Positions 11,135 through 24,655 of a DNA stretch of 64,000 nucleotides are shown piece after piece. The translations under genes were made by a program, and so were the position numbers. The DNA comes from the human T2T-CHM13v2.0 reference genome, Homo sapiens. The notes beneath the pieces are model-generated. The model ran no database searches. It saw nothing but the letters and a program-made list of their open reading frames with translations, and was not told the origin of the DNA. The DNA lies in NCBI RefSeq assembly GCF_009914755.1, contig NC_060928.1; one strand, given 5' to 3'. The first letter of the stretch is position 1. The number at the start of each line of letters is the position of its first letter.

Positions 11135-14100
11135 CCTAGTGACACAGATATTTTCATTAGTGGGTTTTTGTTTGGCTTATCCCACTGATGATTGACAAAA
11201 GTGATAATGTTAATAAAATGTATAAAGATGTTGGGTTAATAATAGTATCAGTAGTAATAGGAAAAGTTAGAAGTACTCAAATACTGGACTTAGTTTTTAT
11301 ATCTAAGCACCTACAGGTTTTTTTTTTTCTTTTCAAGAAAGTATGTGCCCAAGCACATATTTACATTACTGCTAGAAAAATTAGCTTTATCTCTTCAGCT
11401 TCATATATTTCCCATTGGAGCAAATCATTCCATCATGTGATTTTTTTTTTGATAACGGAATATATGAGGAGCATAGCCATCACACTATGGCAGAACAGAC
11501 TGTTCTGAACTTCAAAAATATATTACTATGGAAATTCATGTCCAGAAAGTCAAATGGAAATTGCCATGAGTGTATGTCTTGTTTAATGGCATTTTTAACA
11601 CTGGAAAGAATCACAGAATTATTTGTGACAGAATTAGAGAAGCCTATATCAGCATATTTGTGGACATTTTCTAGTAAACATAAGCACTCCACTGCCTTTA
11701 TTTTCATGGTCATATTTTTATTCTACCTGTGTATTTTTAGGAAGTTCAATAAAATATTTGCTCAGAAAGTATTCCGGACATGTAAAGGTATCAGGTGCCA
11801 AGTCATACAAAGAACTGAATGCAAGAGAGGAACAGGAAGTTGAATGGGTGAAAAGTGGTTGGGCAGAGAAGTACAAAAGGAATTAAAAAAAACGTAGAAT
11901 GACCCTTAACTTAAGAATCAGAGGAATCAGACTATAAAGTTAAAAGCCGAAACTGTTTTCATAACTTCTTGTTCCCACAAATGGTGTCTTGATTATCTTA
12001 AACCTCTGGCAAGCTGCCTGTGCTTGCTCACACTTAGAGAGGAGCTTGACAATGAATGAAGGCAATTTTAGCCCATTAGTCCATTAGAAGGTTTCAGAAA
12101 TATCCTCTCTGCACTTTTTATCTTCCCATTGGTGTGCTTACCATCGACTCCCATGCAAAAACTGGGAGTTCCTTTAGGTGTGTGTTTGACGTGGGCAACC
12201 TCATCTCCCTTGGGGATGCTGAGGGAGAGAGAGAGTGGTGGCACAAGAGGATGCAGCCACCATGTACCTAAGCATGGGGCTCTAACTCAACAACCACTGG
12301 AATACTCAAGGAACTCCTTCAAGGGAAATTCTGTAGCTACACATGTTTGTTAAACCAAAGTGATTTTTCTGAGCAGGGAGGGCATCTGCCAGGCTTACAA
12401 ATTAGGAAAAAGTTTAACCTGCCCCTTCATACCTCCTTCTCAGTTTTCAGGTTGAGCTGCTGAAAACTCCCCTTGAACATGCAGGACAGCTTGCTGTGTG
12501 TGTACAGTTTTTTCAAAGAAGGATGTGACTACAAAGATTTCCTAAGTATCTAGGCATATCCTATATTCATGTTCACAGAAACAATATTCCACATTGATTG
12601 TCTATCATTCAGTTGGTTCCAAAGTGCAAACACTCATTTTCCTGTGTGCACTGTGAGAAATTCCTAGATTTTGTTTCAAGAATTTTTCATGGAAAGTAAA
12701 ACAGTTTTTTTGTTTTTTGTTTTTAACAGAAGACATGTTGAAATGCCTTGAACTTACTTTGGGTGTTTGATAGGATCAGTTTTCTGTAATGTTTCTTCCC
12801 ACCCTCCTGTTCTTCTCTCATCCAGACCCCAAATCCTTCAGCCACTAGCCTGTTCAGGGCCCTGGTTTGATAACCCTGCAATTGCAGAGTGGAGTGGGAG
12901 GAGAAGCCTCATACCTTTGTTTTTCTGGTTCTTCCCAACACCCTGGTGGCCTACTTGGGTGTCCCACAAGCTCTCTGTGGAAAATAGTGCATCTCATTTA
13001 GCAACAACTCCACCTAGCACAAGTTCTGAGCTATACTTAAACCAGTGGGGAGAGAGTGTTGGAATGATTAAGGCTTGCATTCGACTGTGCAAGAAGAACC
13101 ATTTTCTCTTCATGGTGGTGGGCCACAGAGTAATTTCTGCTTCTACTTTCACAACCCACAGGGTAGAGGAAGTGAATTCATGCTTTTTTCCAGTGTGACA
13201 AAAATGCAATAGGTGTTCAAAGGTATGTTTTCAGGAGAAAGTTTCAACCAAGTTATAAGGGCTTTAGTGGAGTTTTTTATATGATAAAAAGAATCCACAA
13301 GAACATTTTTCTGTTTCCCAGGCTCTCTCATAATGTTGGAATTTCCCTTTACGTGGAAGACAATAATGTAGCTCAGAGTATACATATCTTCATAGCTGTA
13401 CCAAATGACCACACTCTTTACTATTTCTTTTTCAAAATAGCCACTGTGTTTTATGTTTTGTAATATTTATGGAAAAATAGGAACAACTTGATAGCCCAGC
13501 CTTTTAAGAATCTTGGCTATTTAGAGTGTGCTAAGGGAGGTGGCGTGAATTGGCCAACGTTTGCACCTAGAGTACTATCTTGCACCTAGTATACTGTCTT
13601 CTTCAGTAATCAGTATGTAAAGTAATCAGTATTTAAAGTGTTCAGACAATTTTTTCTAAGTAGGGGATCACTAAAATATAACACTCACAGCCTTCCAAAA
13701 GAGTTCTGCGAAGTGAAAGACTACTCATGGGTTCTGGCTTCCTTCTAACATTTCAAAACCATCTTCTGCCTTCACCCTAGTGTTACTGACCATCTTACCT
13801 TTGTGTCCCATGGTATTCAATACCTATTTCTATCATTTAATTATATTTTATATTTCCTATAATATTTTATTGTATAAACTACTGCCCTGATTTGTTACAT
13901 GTTTGTCCTGAATTTAAAAACATAAAGTGCTGAAGTTCCATAATAGTATCTCAATCATCTTAAAACTTCCAGACCAAGGACATACCCAGAACTTAGCGAT
14001 AAATGTTTGTTGAAGGAAAGATTGAATGAATAATGGGAAGTTGGAGCTGATGTAAAACTATCTACTTGAAAGGACCCAAAAGAATAAATGAAGGCACTTT

Positions 14101-14522
14101 TTGCATAGAATTACGAGAAGAGAAAACTAATTTCTTGGCCTTATATGTATAGTTTCTAAATAAACTTTTTGGAGCATCAACAATATCCATATCTTACTAA
14201 CATGAAGACCTGAAGTATGGCAGTGTTAGGGGAAGACAGGCGAGTCTGGTGAAGTTAAAGCCTGTGCTTGGCATAAGAAAGGAACTTCTCTGTGTGTCAT
14301 CCTTCATTTTAGGCCTTCTACTCTGGGCTGCAGTTTTCTCCTTTTATTTATCAACCTGTTGCTAAAGGAAAACTTTGATTTTGTTTTTGTAAAGGGCTAA
14401 AAACTTGAGTGTACCAAATTTGCCTAGTTTGAATGTGATACTTGTTGAAAGAAAAGAAAATTTTCCCTCCTTTTCATAAACTCAGAGGACTGGGCACAGA
14501 AATAAACCACACAATTGGTAAG

Positions 14523-15256
14523 TGCTGTGGTCTGAATGTTTGTGTCCCCTCCCAAATTCATAGTTAAAACTTAATCACTAATGCACTAGTCTTAAGAGGT
14601 GGGCCTTTTAGGAGATGATTAGGTCATGAAGGCAGAAGCCTTATAGATGGGATGAGTGCCCTTATAACAGAGGCCTGAGGGGAGTTTGTTCACCCCTTCT
14701 GTCATGTGAGGATCTAACAAGGAGTTGCAATATACACAGCGGAGAGCCCTCACCAGATGCTGAGTCTGCTGGCATCTTGATCTTGAACTTCCCAGCCTCT
14801 GAAACTGTGAGAAATAAAATTTCTGTTGTTTATAAATTACTTAGTGATATGGTTTGGCTGTGTCCCCACCCAAATCTCATCTTGAATTGTAGCTCCCATA
14901 ATTCCCATGTGTCGTGGGAGAGACCTGGTGGGAGGTAATTGGAATCATGGGGGCAGGTCTTTCCCATGCTGTTCTCATGATAGTGAATAAGTCTCATGAG
15001 ATCTGATGATTTATAAAGGGCAGTTGCCCTGCACACTCTCTTTTGCCTGCCACCATGTAAGACGTGACTTTGCTCCTCCTTTGCCTTCTATCATGATTGT
15101 GAGGCCTCCTCAGCCATGTGGAACTGTGAGTCAACTAAACCTCTTTCCTTTATAAGTTACCTGGTCTTGGGTATTTCTCTATTAGCAGCATGAAAACAGA
15201 CTAATGCACCTAGGCTAAGGTATTTTGTTGTAGCAGCCCTAATGGACTCACAGACA
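14523..15256 (+). mobile_element. MLT1A-like MaLR LTR, split by a THE1 insertion
   Basis: Starts tgctgtggtctgaatgtttgtgtcccc; its 3' end resumes at 15209 (gtattttgttgtagcagccc..). Confidence 0.88.
14845..15208 (+). mobile_element. THE1 (THE1B-like) solo LTR
   Basis: tgatatggtttggctgtgtccccacccaaatctc...gactaatgca, 364 bp. 5-bp TSD cttag/cctag. Confidence 0.93.
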
Positions 15257-17121
15257 TTCCAGTGAAAGCCTAAAATCATAGAAGACTTCTCAGACATCAA
15301 GTTTCTAAAGACATAGGAGAGCAAATTTCTTCTAAACACAGCTAAAATGAAACTGAAAATTTGTGTTTAATATGTATACATTGTACATCACTGAATTTTT
15401 GGTATTCCTTTAGGATAGCACTCGTGTTTGTAATTAAAAATTTCCAAAATTAGGCATCCAAAACTAGAAGAGGCCTACAAATGGCAAAAAGCACTCTGTT
15501 ATCCAAAAGAGAGATTTTATAAATAGAAGATTTTGTATATAAGCCTATTTATCTGCAGCCTAGTAAAGAGTTGAACACTGTCTAGAGAATGTGATCTAAG
15601 TAGGCAAACAATTCAGATAATGTAAATTGCAGTTTGAGGCCTAAAAAATACAGAAAACATGTTTAGTCTAAAAAAATATGAAGACCTAAAATGGCATGCA
15701 AATTCTGACAAAAACTTTGCTAGGACACGGCAATATGGAAACACTAAAGTATGAATTAAAATCTAAGAGATTTTTTAGTTTAAAATAGTGTGTCAAGAAA
15801 GCAGCTCCAAACATAATTTGCTCCAGGCACCCATTCATTACCTACAGAGAAACGCCAAACAAAAATAATAATCTACTGATACAGTTAGGAAAAAATTTTC
15901 TTAAATGGGGCTAATCTGAAAAAAAAATTTTTTTTCAAAGTTTACCCATGTTTAGAGCAGCTCTATTTACCCTGAAGGAAGAACACTGTTCTGAAATGTA
16001 TTTCAGTGACCCAGGGCCTTGTACCAACAAATAAAAGGGACCATTTTCCTTCTCCATAACAGTGGTGTTTTTTGAGGAATTATATTCTTCCCACCGTAAC
16101 AGCTTCTGTAACTTTCTAATTGATCTTCCTTACTTCTATCTTAGCCCTCTTTAATCTACTCTTCCCCCAGCAGGCATAAAACATGGCACAGTCCTTAAAA
16201 TTCTCCAATAACTTCCCATTGCTCTTAGAACACAGACACCTTCACTTGTCCTAAGAAGCCCTGAATGTTCTGCCCAGCTTACTGCCTCCACCTTATCCTG
16301 AATTTAGCATACCCCTCTCTGCCTTTGACATCTTAAGTTTTCAAAAACTATATTTCATGGAATTTTGGAATAATATAATTAATTCATGTGAATTAATGTG
16401 CATACCTCTCAGTCTTTCATTCACTAAACTCTAGCCACACTGCTGGATAGTAGTGAATAAGTGTTGAGTCATTGGAAATAAAATTATAAGATAATTAAAA
16501 TAGTATTAAAACAAGAGCAAAATTTATCAACTGTCATCAAAGCTCAATATAGAGTTAAGGTCACTGTTATAAACGCTTTTATTAAAAAAATAAAGACCAA
16601 GAGTAAATTGAAAATATTGTCCACAAAATAGAAATAATAGAAAAAAATACAATGATATTTTGAGTCAATTAATAGATCTATAAATTATATTTTTTTCCAT
16701 TTCAGATTACCCAAAAAAATTTTAACACTTATAAAACTTAAGGGAAAAAAAAGTAAAGCAAACAGCAAATTTAATATGGGAAAGGAGATACAGGAATAGG
16801 AATAGATTTTTTAATTTTAAAAAATTTTAAATTACAGAGAGTACTATGTACTGAAAATGTAAATCACAATAATCTGTGCTGATTTGACAGAATCTAGAAC
16901 ACTACCTGGAACATGGAGGTGTTCAGTAAGTATTTGGTGAATACATAGATTTTATAGGAAAATATTTGTTGTCCCAAGAATTAGAAAGCCTGAAGAGAGC
17001 AACAACCCTGGGAAGGGGGAAATCCTTTCTATTATCAAAAATTATCTCAAATAAATTCCCAAACCTTGTCACTCAGTAAATATTTATTGAGCACATTCTA
17101 TTATGCCAAGCATTATTCTAG

Positions 17122-17787
17122 TGTAAAGGATGATAAAAATAAATATCTGGACCCCCAAGCTTCTTATGCAAAAGGGAAACTTAAGCCCTGGAGGCTGAGT
17201 CATGCAACTCCCTCTTCCAAATGAATATCTGTTCCTAGCATGATGCCTCAGCCAGATCCCCATGGAAAGGTAAAAGACCTCAGGCACCTGCTGAAGAACT
17301 GCTTCCACAGATCTTTCATAAGTAAATTCTTTGCTGGCCTCCCATAAACAAGGACTTGACATTTGTAACTTTAGATCTATGATCTGCAATCTAAGTCTAG
17401 CTCCTAAAACTAAAGTCTGTTCAATTCCACACTGATAATATCTATTATAATCTTATCTTTGCAAGTGCAGAGTGAAGACAAGACTCATTTCCTCCGCCTA
17501 TCCAGAGAGGTCTACAGAAGTGGCTCTTCTGTTATTAATACTTTCTTTTTCTCTTCAAACATTCACCTTATCTTGTGTAAAATATAGATTTACTGGGCAC
17601 AATCTAATGTCTCACGGGAATACAACCATTTGCCTTATAGTCCCTTTAAGGAAATATATAAATCCTAAACCTCCTGAAAACCTCTTTGGAGAAACAGCCA
17701 CAGATTTGTCTACAGATGCACCCCAAAGTTGGCTTAACACACCTCAAAAGTTGAGACTTTTATGTCAGTCATTCATTTTTGTTGTCA
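17122..17787 (+). mobile_element. ERV1 MER4-group solo LTR inserted in an L2
   Basis: TG...CA ends with 4-bp TSD ctag (17118-17121 and 17788-17791); L2 text continues on both sides. Confidence 0.8.
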
Positions 17788-17791
17788 CTAG

Positions 17792-18430
17792 ACTCTGGGA
17801 ATAACCATTAACCTTCCCCCACCCCAACCCAAACCTGTCCTCTTAAAGTTTCATTCTTCTGCTAATACCAAACAGGTGGTGCTATGTACAATTAAGAAAA
17901 CTAAAACAGAGTGAGGAGAATGGGGCCTGGGGAAGGGGTGCATGGATGGTTATTCCTCTGGGTTGGGGAGAGACTCTTTGGTAATATCTGAGCAGCTAAG
18001 GAGCAAACCATGCAGATAATGAGAAAAGATGATTCCAAACAGAAAAAAAAAAAAAAAAAAAAAGAATGTGAAAGCGTCCTGAGTAAAAGCAGTGCTTGGA
18101 GCTGAGTGAGGGAGGCAAGAGTGGTGAGACCCAGGTCTTGTGGAGCCTCAGGGGCACTGCACTCTGGGACAAAGGGAAGCCACTGCATTGATCTGATATG
18201 ATAACTGAGGTACACACTGTGATTGTGGTCTGAACAATAGGTTTTGGGGTACAAGATAAAAGCTAGAGGAGCAATGAGACCATTGCTATAATCCTAGCAA
18301 GAGATGATGCTGGCTGAAAGAAAGCTAGTCACAGTGCAAGAGGCAAAGCAGTAGGACTCTGGATATATTAGTGGCCAGATTCTGAATTCATGTTGAAGAT
18401 AGAGCTGACAGGATTTCCTGGTGAATGGGA
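17792..18430 (-). mobile_element. L2 LINE fragment
   Basis: Degenerate L2 text (gagcaaaccatgcagata..., gggaagccactg..., gagatgatgctggctg). Confidence 0.7.
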
Positions 18431-18544
18431 GGAACTTATAATTTAATTTAATTTAAGATACTTAAAACATCTTATATGCTAATAATAACAATGCAATAAA
18501 GCCTTGGTTCAGCTCCGAAATCAGCAACTAGACCTATATAAAGA

Positions 18545-19477
18545 TGTAAACCAAAAATAAAATTCTAAGCCCCATAACAGACAGAATGACTGAATAACCA
18601 AACCCACCCCCTCCCCTGACTTCAACCAAAGAGATTCAAAAAAACCTGAAAACTAATTCAGGTCACGATGGGAAAGGGTTGTCATGCCTTATCATACTTT
18701 CCTCCCTTTGGAGTTCAGGCACAACTGACCAGCACTAACATTAAAACAGAGATCTTAAGACTGACAAAACAGACTGTAGCAATAAGATACCAAATTCCAA
18801 TTTGGCTCTAGTATAGTATCATGACAGGTAGCAGGTCCTGAAGGAAATCAAAGGATTTTACCCCAAAATATATTTATTTGGCATGTTTTGACATAGCCCT
18901 GCAAAGCCATTTTGTGGGGGAAAATTTGCATCTGTAATTTTTGTAAGGAAAAATCTGCATCTGCAAAGAATCTCTGCTGACACAACTAGATCTTTCCCCT
19001 TCCAAACCCTCCCAATCCTGAGGAGATTAACTGAGAGTCTAGCACCTTTTAAGGGTCTAACTAGAAAATATTTGCCATCCGTTTTCTCTAAGGGTGGCCA
19101 CCTATGAGACCTCATCTACATAATAAGAATCTTGGTCTCCACAACCCCTTATCTTAACCCAGGCACCCCTTTCTTTTGGATAATAACTTAACTGTTTGAA
19201 CCAATTGCCAATCAGAAAAATCTTTGAATCCACCTGTGACCTATAAGGCCGCACTTTGAGTTGTCCCACCTTTCTGAACCAAACCAATGTATACCTCACG
19301 TGTATTGATTAATGTCTTATGTCCCCCTAAAAATATATAAATCAAGCTGTAAACTAACCATCTTAGGTACATATTCTTAGAACCTCTTGAGACTATGCCT
19401 CAGGCCATGATCACTCATATTTGGCTCAGAATAACCCTCTTGAAATATTTTACAGAGTTTGGCTGTTTTTGTCAACA
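18545..19477 (+). mobile_element. MER4 (MER4D-like) ERV1 solo LTR
   Basis: Starts tgtaaaccaaaaataaaattctaagcccc and ends ttttacagagtttggctgtttttgtcaaca. 4-bp TSD aaga. Confidence 0.9.
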
Positions 19478-19517
19478 AAGAAATTACCTATTAACAGATG
19501 CTGACATATATTTTTTA

Positions 19518-20353
19518 TTTTATTTTATTTTATTTTTGATCTCTGAACTTTTTATTGGCCTCCTGCTCCCCAAAGGGTACCCTGCTTCTGCTGGCTTAAT
19601 GTCTCATCCATGGGCTCTACAAGGTCATTGATGACACCAATGTCACTCAGCTGTAGCTGGAGGCAGAGATTGAGGCTCTCAAGGAGGAGCTGCTCTTCAT
19701 GAAGAAGAACCACGAAGAGGAAGTAAAAGGCCTACAAGCCCAGAGTGCCAGCTCTGGTTTGACCCTGGAGGTAGGTGCCCCCAAATCTCAGAACCTAGCC
19801 AAGATCATGGCAGGCATCCTGGCCCAATACAAAGAGATGGCTCAGAAGATCTGAAAGGAGCTGGACAAGTATTGGTCTCAGCAGATTGAGGAGAGCGCCA
19901 CAGTGGTCACCACGCAGCCTGCCAAGGTTGGAGCTGCTGAGATGATGCTCACAGAGCTGAGACATACAGTCCAGTCTTTGGAGATCGACCTGGACTCCTT
20001 GAGAAATCTGAAGGCCAGCTTGGAGAACAGCCTGAGTGAGGTGGAGGCCCGCTATACCCTGCAGATGGAGCAGCTCAACGGCATCCTGCTGCACCCGGAG
20101 TCAGAGCTGGCACAGACCCAGAGGGACAGTGCCAGGCCCAGGAGTACGAGGCCCTGCTGAACATCAAGGTCAAGCTGGAGGCTGAGATCACCACCTACTG
20201 CCGCCTGCTGGAAGATGACGAGGACTTCAATCTTGGTGATGCCCTGGACAACAGCAACTCCATGAAACCATCAAAAAGACCACCACCTGCTGGATAGTGG
20301 ATGGCAAAGTGGTGTCTGAGACCAATGATACCAAAGTTCTGAGACATTAAGCC
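19518..20353 (-). pseudogene. KRT18P: KRT18 processed pseudogene, 5'-truncated with 5' inversion (poly(A) and 3'UTR on - strand 19518-19606; coding remnant on + strand 19605-20353)
   Basis: Intronless keratin-18 rod/tail remnant ([65 protein letters not shown]). Premature stops at about 19654 and 19852, plus frameshifts. AATAAA and poly(A) on the minus strand. TSD at 19500-19517 and 20351-20368. Confidence 0.96.
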
Positions 20354-20369
20354 GACATATATTTTTTAA

Positions 20370-20850
20370 ACTGACTATATAAGCTTGGCTTTATAAATCA
20401 AATCAGTGGAGAAAGAAATAACTCTTCAATAAATGGTGCTAAGATCATTGGATACCTATTTTTAAGTCATATTCTTAGGTATTACATACACAAAAAAATG
20501 GTAAATGGAGTGATAAATTTAATGCGATGAATTTTTTGAAATGACAATTATTGATACCTAGATGAAAATGTCTGCGAATTTTTAATCGAACTCAGTACTA
20601 ATAGAACTTCTAAGTTCAACAGCAACAAAAGAAATCACAAAGAGGGAAAAAACACTAAAAAGTTTAATGAGATGAAAACATAGAACTTCTACATGTCAAA
20701 AATATATTAACGAAATTAAAACCAAGCAAACTAAAAAATTTTGTGAGAAATATGATGACAGTCAATGTTATTATCATATACAAATTTACTATAAAAACAA
20801 AAACATAAACCAACCTCAACAACCATTATGGGAAAAAGGTTTAAAAGCCA
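20370..20850 (+). mobile_element. Old L1M ORF2-region remnant (host of MER4 and KRT18P insertions)
   Basis: Degenerate L1 motif tcttcaataaatggtgct...ggatacctatt; A-rich + strand. Confidence 0.55.
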
Positions 20851-23800
20851 AATCCAAAAAGTAGAGCTCATTGGAGCTCTGCTAACAATAGTTCTTCATG
20901 AAACTATTGCCAATGCTGATCATGATTAATATTTTCATAAAATTCTCAGCATTGAAAATACCATTCAATTTTTCCAGATAGAAAGATAGAAGGAAGATTT
21001 GAAATATAAAACTGAAACAGTTAATTACATAATAATACATTCAAGTGGTCAGGTGAGCTATGTCTTGGACATATGGGAAGAATTGCATTTTAGAAGAAAT
21101 ATCCAAATAATACTTATAATATGAAGGTCTTTGAGACATTACTTAGAACTAAGAAAGACTTCTAGAAACTGCTGCTTGCTGCTCCCTGAATAAAAGATCC
21201 CAATATATTGCCCTAGACAAAAAGAGCAATAAGATAGCAGATATTAATGCTGTATATGTCATTCAAAACAACAGTGGACAGTCCCTGGAATATTATATGC
21301 AGTACTCATGGTCACTGCCCCTCCAGAGAGAAAGGAAAATAGGACACTCTCCGGGGCTGGGAGGCTTATGAAAATAAACTTTAGAAAGCAGAATTCTTTC
21401 TCACAGGTGCAAAATTAAAATAATAATAAATGTACTATATGTTTCCTGTGAGCTAGACTGTATGTTAAATTCTTTAAATATGTTATCTCATTCAGTGCTC
21501 CCAGCCAGCCTAGCAGAGAGGTGCCCTCTCACACTTGTTACAAATGAGGAAATGGTCTTAGTGCTTGATTTCACACAGCTGGTGACAGAGAGCAGAGCAG
21601 GGACTCCAAGGTAGGACTGGCTGACTCCAAAGTACATCCTCTTTGTAGTCAGGATCATTAGGCTGAACAACGTGGACTTTTCTGCCACATATTAGACTTA
21701 GGGAACACTCCTTGAAATGAAATTGCAGAGGAAAACCCAAGGCCAACTAGTCTAATCCATGTCAGCACCAGTGGAATTCCCTTTCTTGGAGGCAGAACAC
21801 GATAAAGCAGGACAAATTCCAAAAGAGAGTCATTCATTTATTTATTCATCTCGCCAACAAATATTTATGAAGGTCCTACTTTCTCTGTGCCAAACATTGG
21901 GCTAATAGCACTGAATGTCAAATTCAGAATGGATTTCTAAGGGCAGAAAGGAATGCTTGGGGTATGCGTTCTCAACTTTTTTAGATTGAATTCGTGAGGG
22001 ACGAGGATGCTTTAAAAAGAGAAGCTTTTTCATGCATTGGCATTGTGAGCATGATAAACCACAAATCTTACCCACATCCTTCTGTCTAAATATAATCTCT
22101 GTACAGTTTGAGAGGTGGAAAACTTGGACTATAGGTATGGCTTTCTGAGCACTTGAAGAAAATAGCACTAGGTCATAATTTCAAAATGGTGCAATGCAGC
22201 CTACTTTTAAAATGTGAAATCTGCTGAGATTCTTTGTACAATTATTCCTATATTCCTAATGATTAACAAAATAATTTTAGAGCTAATTTATCTTCTACCA
22301 TGGCTTACACTTGCAGTGCTTCCCAATCTTTATCTTCAAGTTTCTCCATCGGCTCTCTCATACCAACTTTGAGAGTTTTGTTGTATGCCCCTTACAATGC
22401 CTAGGAAGGGAGGATGGGTTTTCTTTAAGAACATATGAGAGAGGATTATGTAGGGTAGAGGTGTTCATAAAAGCATTATATTCTATGTGAACAAATAAAA
22501 GCATCAGGATATTTTTCATGATTAAGTATTACCTTATAAATTATAGAGAAGCTAATTCCATCAATTGAAATTTGATCCTGGCTTAACAAAATTTTCCAAC
22601 TTGGAAATTTTGTGTCTGTATCATAACTAGCTTACTTGGAAAATAATGGTTTTGGGTTTACCAGCTGCCAAAAGCCTAAGTGTACAACAACAAATTCCCC
22701 AAGGGACGGCTTTCCCTCCCAGTCATTATGAAAGTGAGGCTGGAGCCCAGGAGGGAGGAACAGATTGCATTGCCCATGAGCATGACCTAGTGGCTGGTTC
22801 ACTGAGTGGCATTTATGGCAGTAATAGAAAAGGCTGCTTGTCTGTTTTCCAAGTGTCAGGGTAAGTGATGTGTATGCAGCTGTTGTTCATGGAGATGTGA
22901 AGAGCAGGAAAGAACAGCATCTTAGAAAGCGTAAGTTAAAAAAGACATTCTTAACCTCCAAATATTAAACATTTGGTACTCTCTACTGACTTCAGGGACC
23001 TGGACCCATCAAAAGCACTTGTTTGCAGAGGCAAACAGAATGTTCTTACTGATTCTTCACAAGGAACCAAAAATGATAAACTTTGCCTCATACTGGCTCC
23101 CAAATCATTGCAGGGAGTTTATTTAGACTGTGAGACACTTAACAGAGCTTAGCACGGTAAGCATGACTTGCCATACACGCTTCATCAGGGGATCACTGGC
23201 CAGCATGCAGTTATATTTACTAAAAAATTTATTGTAACGGGGATACATCAACCCTAGAGAGAATTTGAGAATGCTATGCTATATTTTGCAGCCAAACATG
23301 TATCATATATGCCTGAACATTTCTATATTACTTTGATAACACAGCTCTGCATGCCTATCAAATGTTTGATTAAAGCTGACTACAGTGCAAATTATCTAAT
23401 GCTCTTTTTGTGAACTCTCAATAGTGTTTCATCTTAACCATATGGCTACTGATGTGGCAGTTAATGTATGGTTTCCATCAGGCTTTATAGAACTAGATAT
23501 TCTGTACCTGGAATTAGGAACGTACTACATTTTCCTATAATCTGCTCTCAACAATTTTCAAGGGAAAAGAAATAATAAGGTCGTGTCGTTCATACTAAAG
23601 TTACAGCCCTGCTTAAACAAGCAAATAAACAAATAGATCTCAAATGCCCATTTCAAATACTGTGCCACATACATTTTATATTATCTTTACAAGGCTCATC
23701 TACATAAATTTAAATAATTGTTGGGCCATATTGCAACATACATTCAAATTCAATGTCAAGTAGTAAATCCATGAAATGCTAAGATGTTTAAAACATTTTT

Positions 23801-24655
23801 TGTAAATGATCACATCTCTGCTTAGAAGTAGAACAGCGACACTGAAAATGCTGGTGATAAGGCTTGATTTAACAAAGGGATCTGGAACAGGAGTGCAGAG
23901 ACCTGGGTTCTACTTTCCTCTTTGTCACAAATTTGCTTCTTGATCCAGGGCTTTGGGTTCCTGTTCTCAGATAATTATGGGAGGGGAGAGACATGTAACG
24001 TTTTGTATTCATTAGAACTACTTATGTTGCAAGGACAGAAACTACTTAAGCTCAAAAAATATTTAAAGGACGGGGATTTTCTGACATGCAGATTGTGAGA
24101 GTCCAAAGTAAGGCAGGCTTTGGGGTGGCCTCTGCCTCCATCTAGATGACCCCATTAGAGACCAGATTCTCTCCTTCTCTCCACACTGGAGGTTGGCACC
24201 AACCTCAGCCATCCACATTCATGGTCACCAGATGCTGCTGACATCTGAGGATGCACATTCAGAGATAATGTGTTTGCCTTACATTTTAAGCAAAGTACTT
24301 GCATGTGTACTCTGATTAGACAGACAGGGACTGCTACCCCAGAAGCATCTCAGCTGTGTGAGAGAGGCATCTACCCCTAAAAATCTGCCATTTGTTAGCA
24401 AGAAATATAAAGAAATTGATTCTAAGTAGACAATCAACAAATGTCTAGTTTGTAACAAGTGGGAGGTTTTGTTTTTGTTTTTTTGGGTTTGTTCCCCCAG
24501 TTTTATTTTCTACTGTTCTAAATTCTATGGACCCCATAAGTTTTTACATTTAAACAACAAGCATTTACTTAGAATCTAAATCATGGTTCCTGCCCCACCT
24601 CCAGGCAGATTTTAGACTGGTTAAAGGAACGGTTATTTCAATAACAAAAGGAGAG

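Noticed and set aside
19903-20160. Keratin-like ORF as a functional gene
   Set aside because: Intronless, 5'-truncated, with upstream stops and a downstream frameshift, and flanked by TSDs: it is a processed pseudogene.
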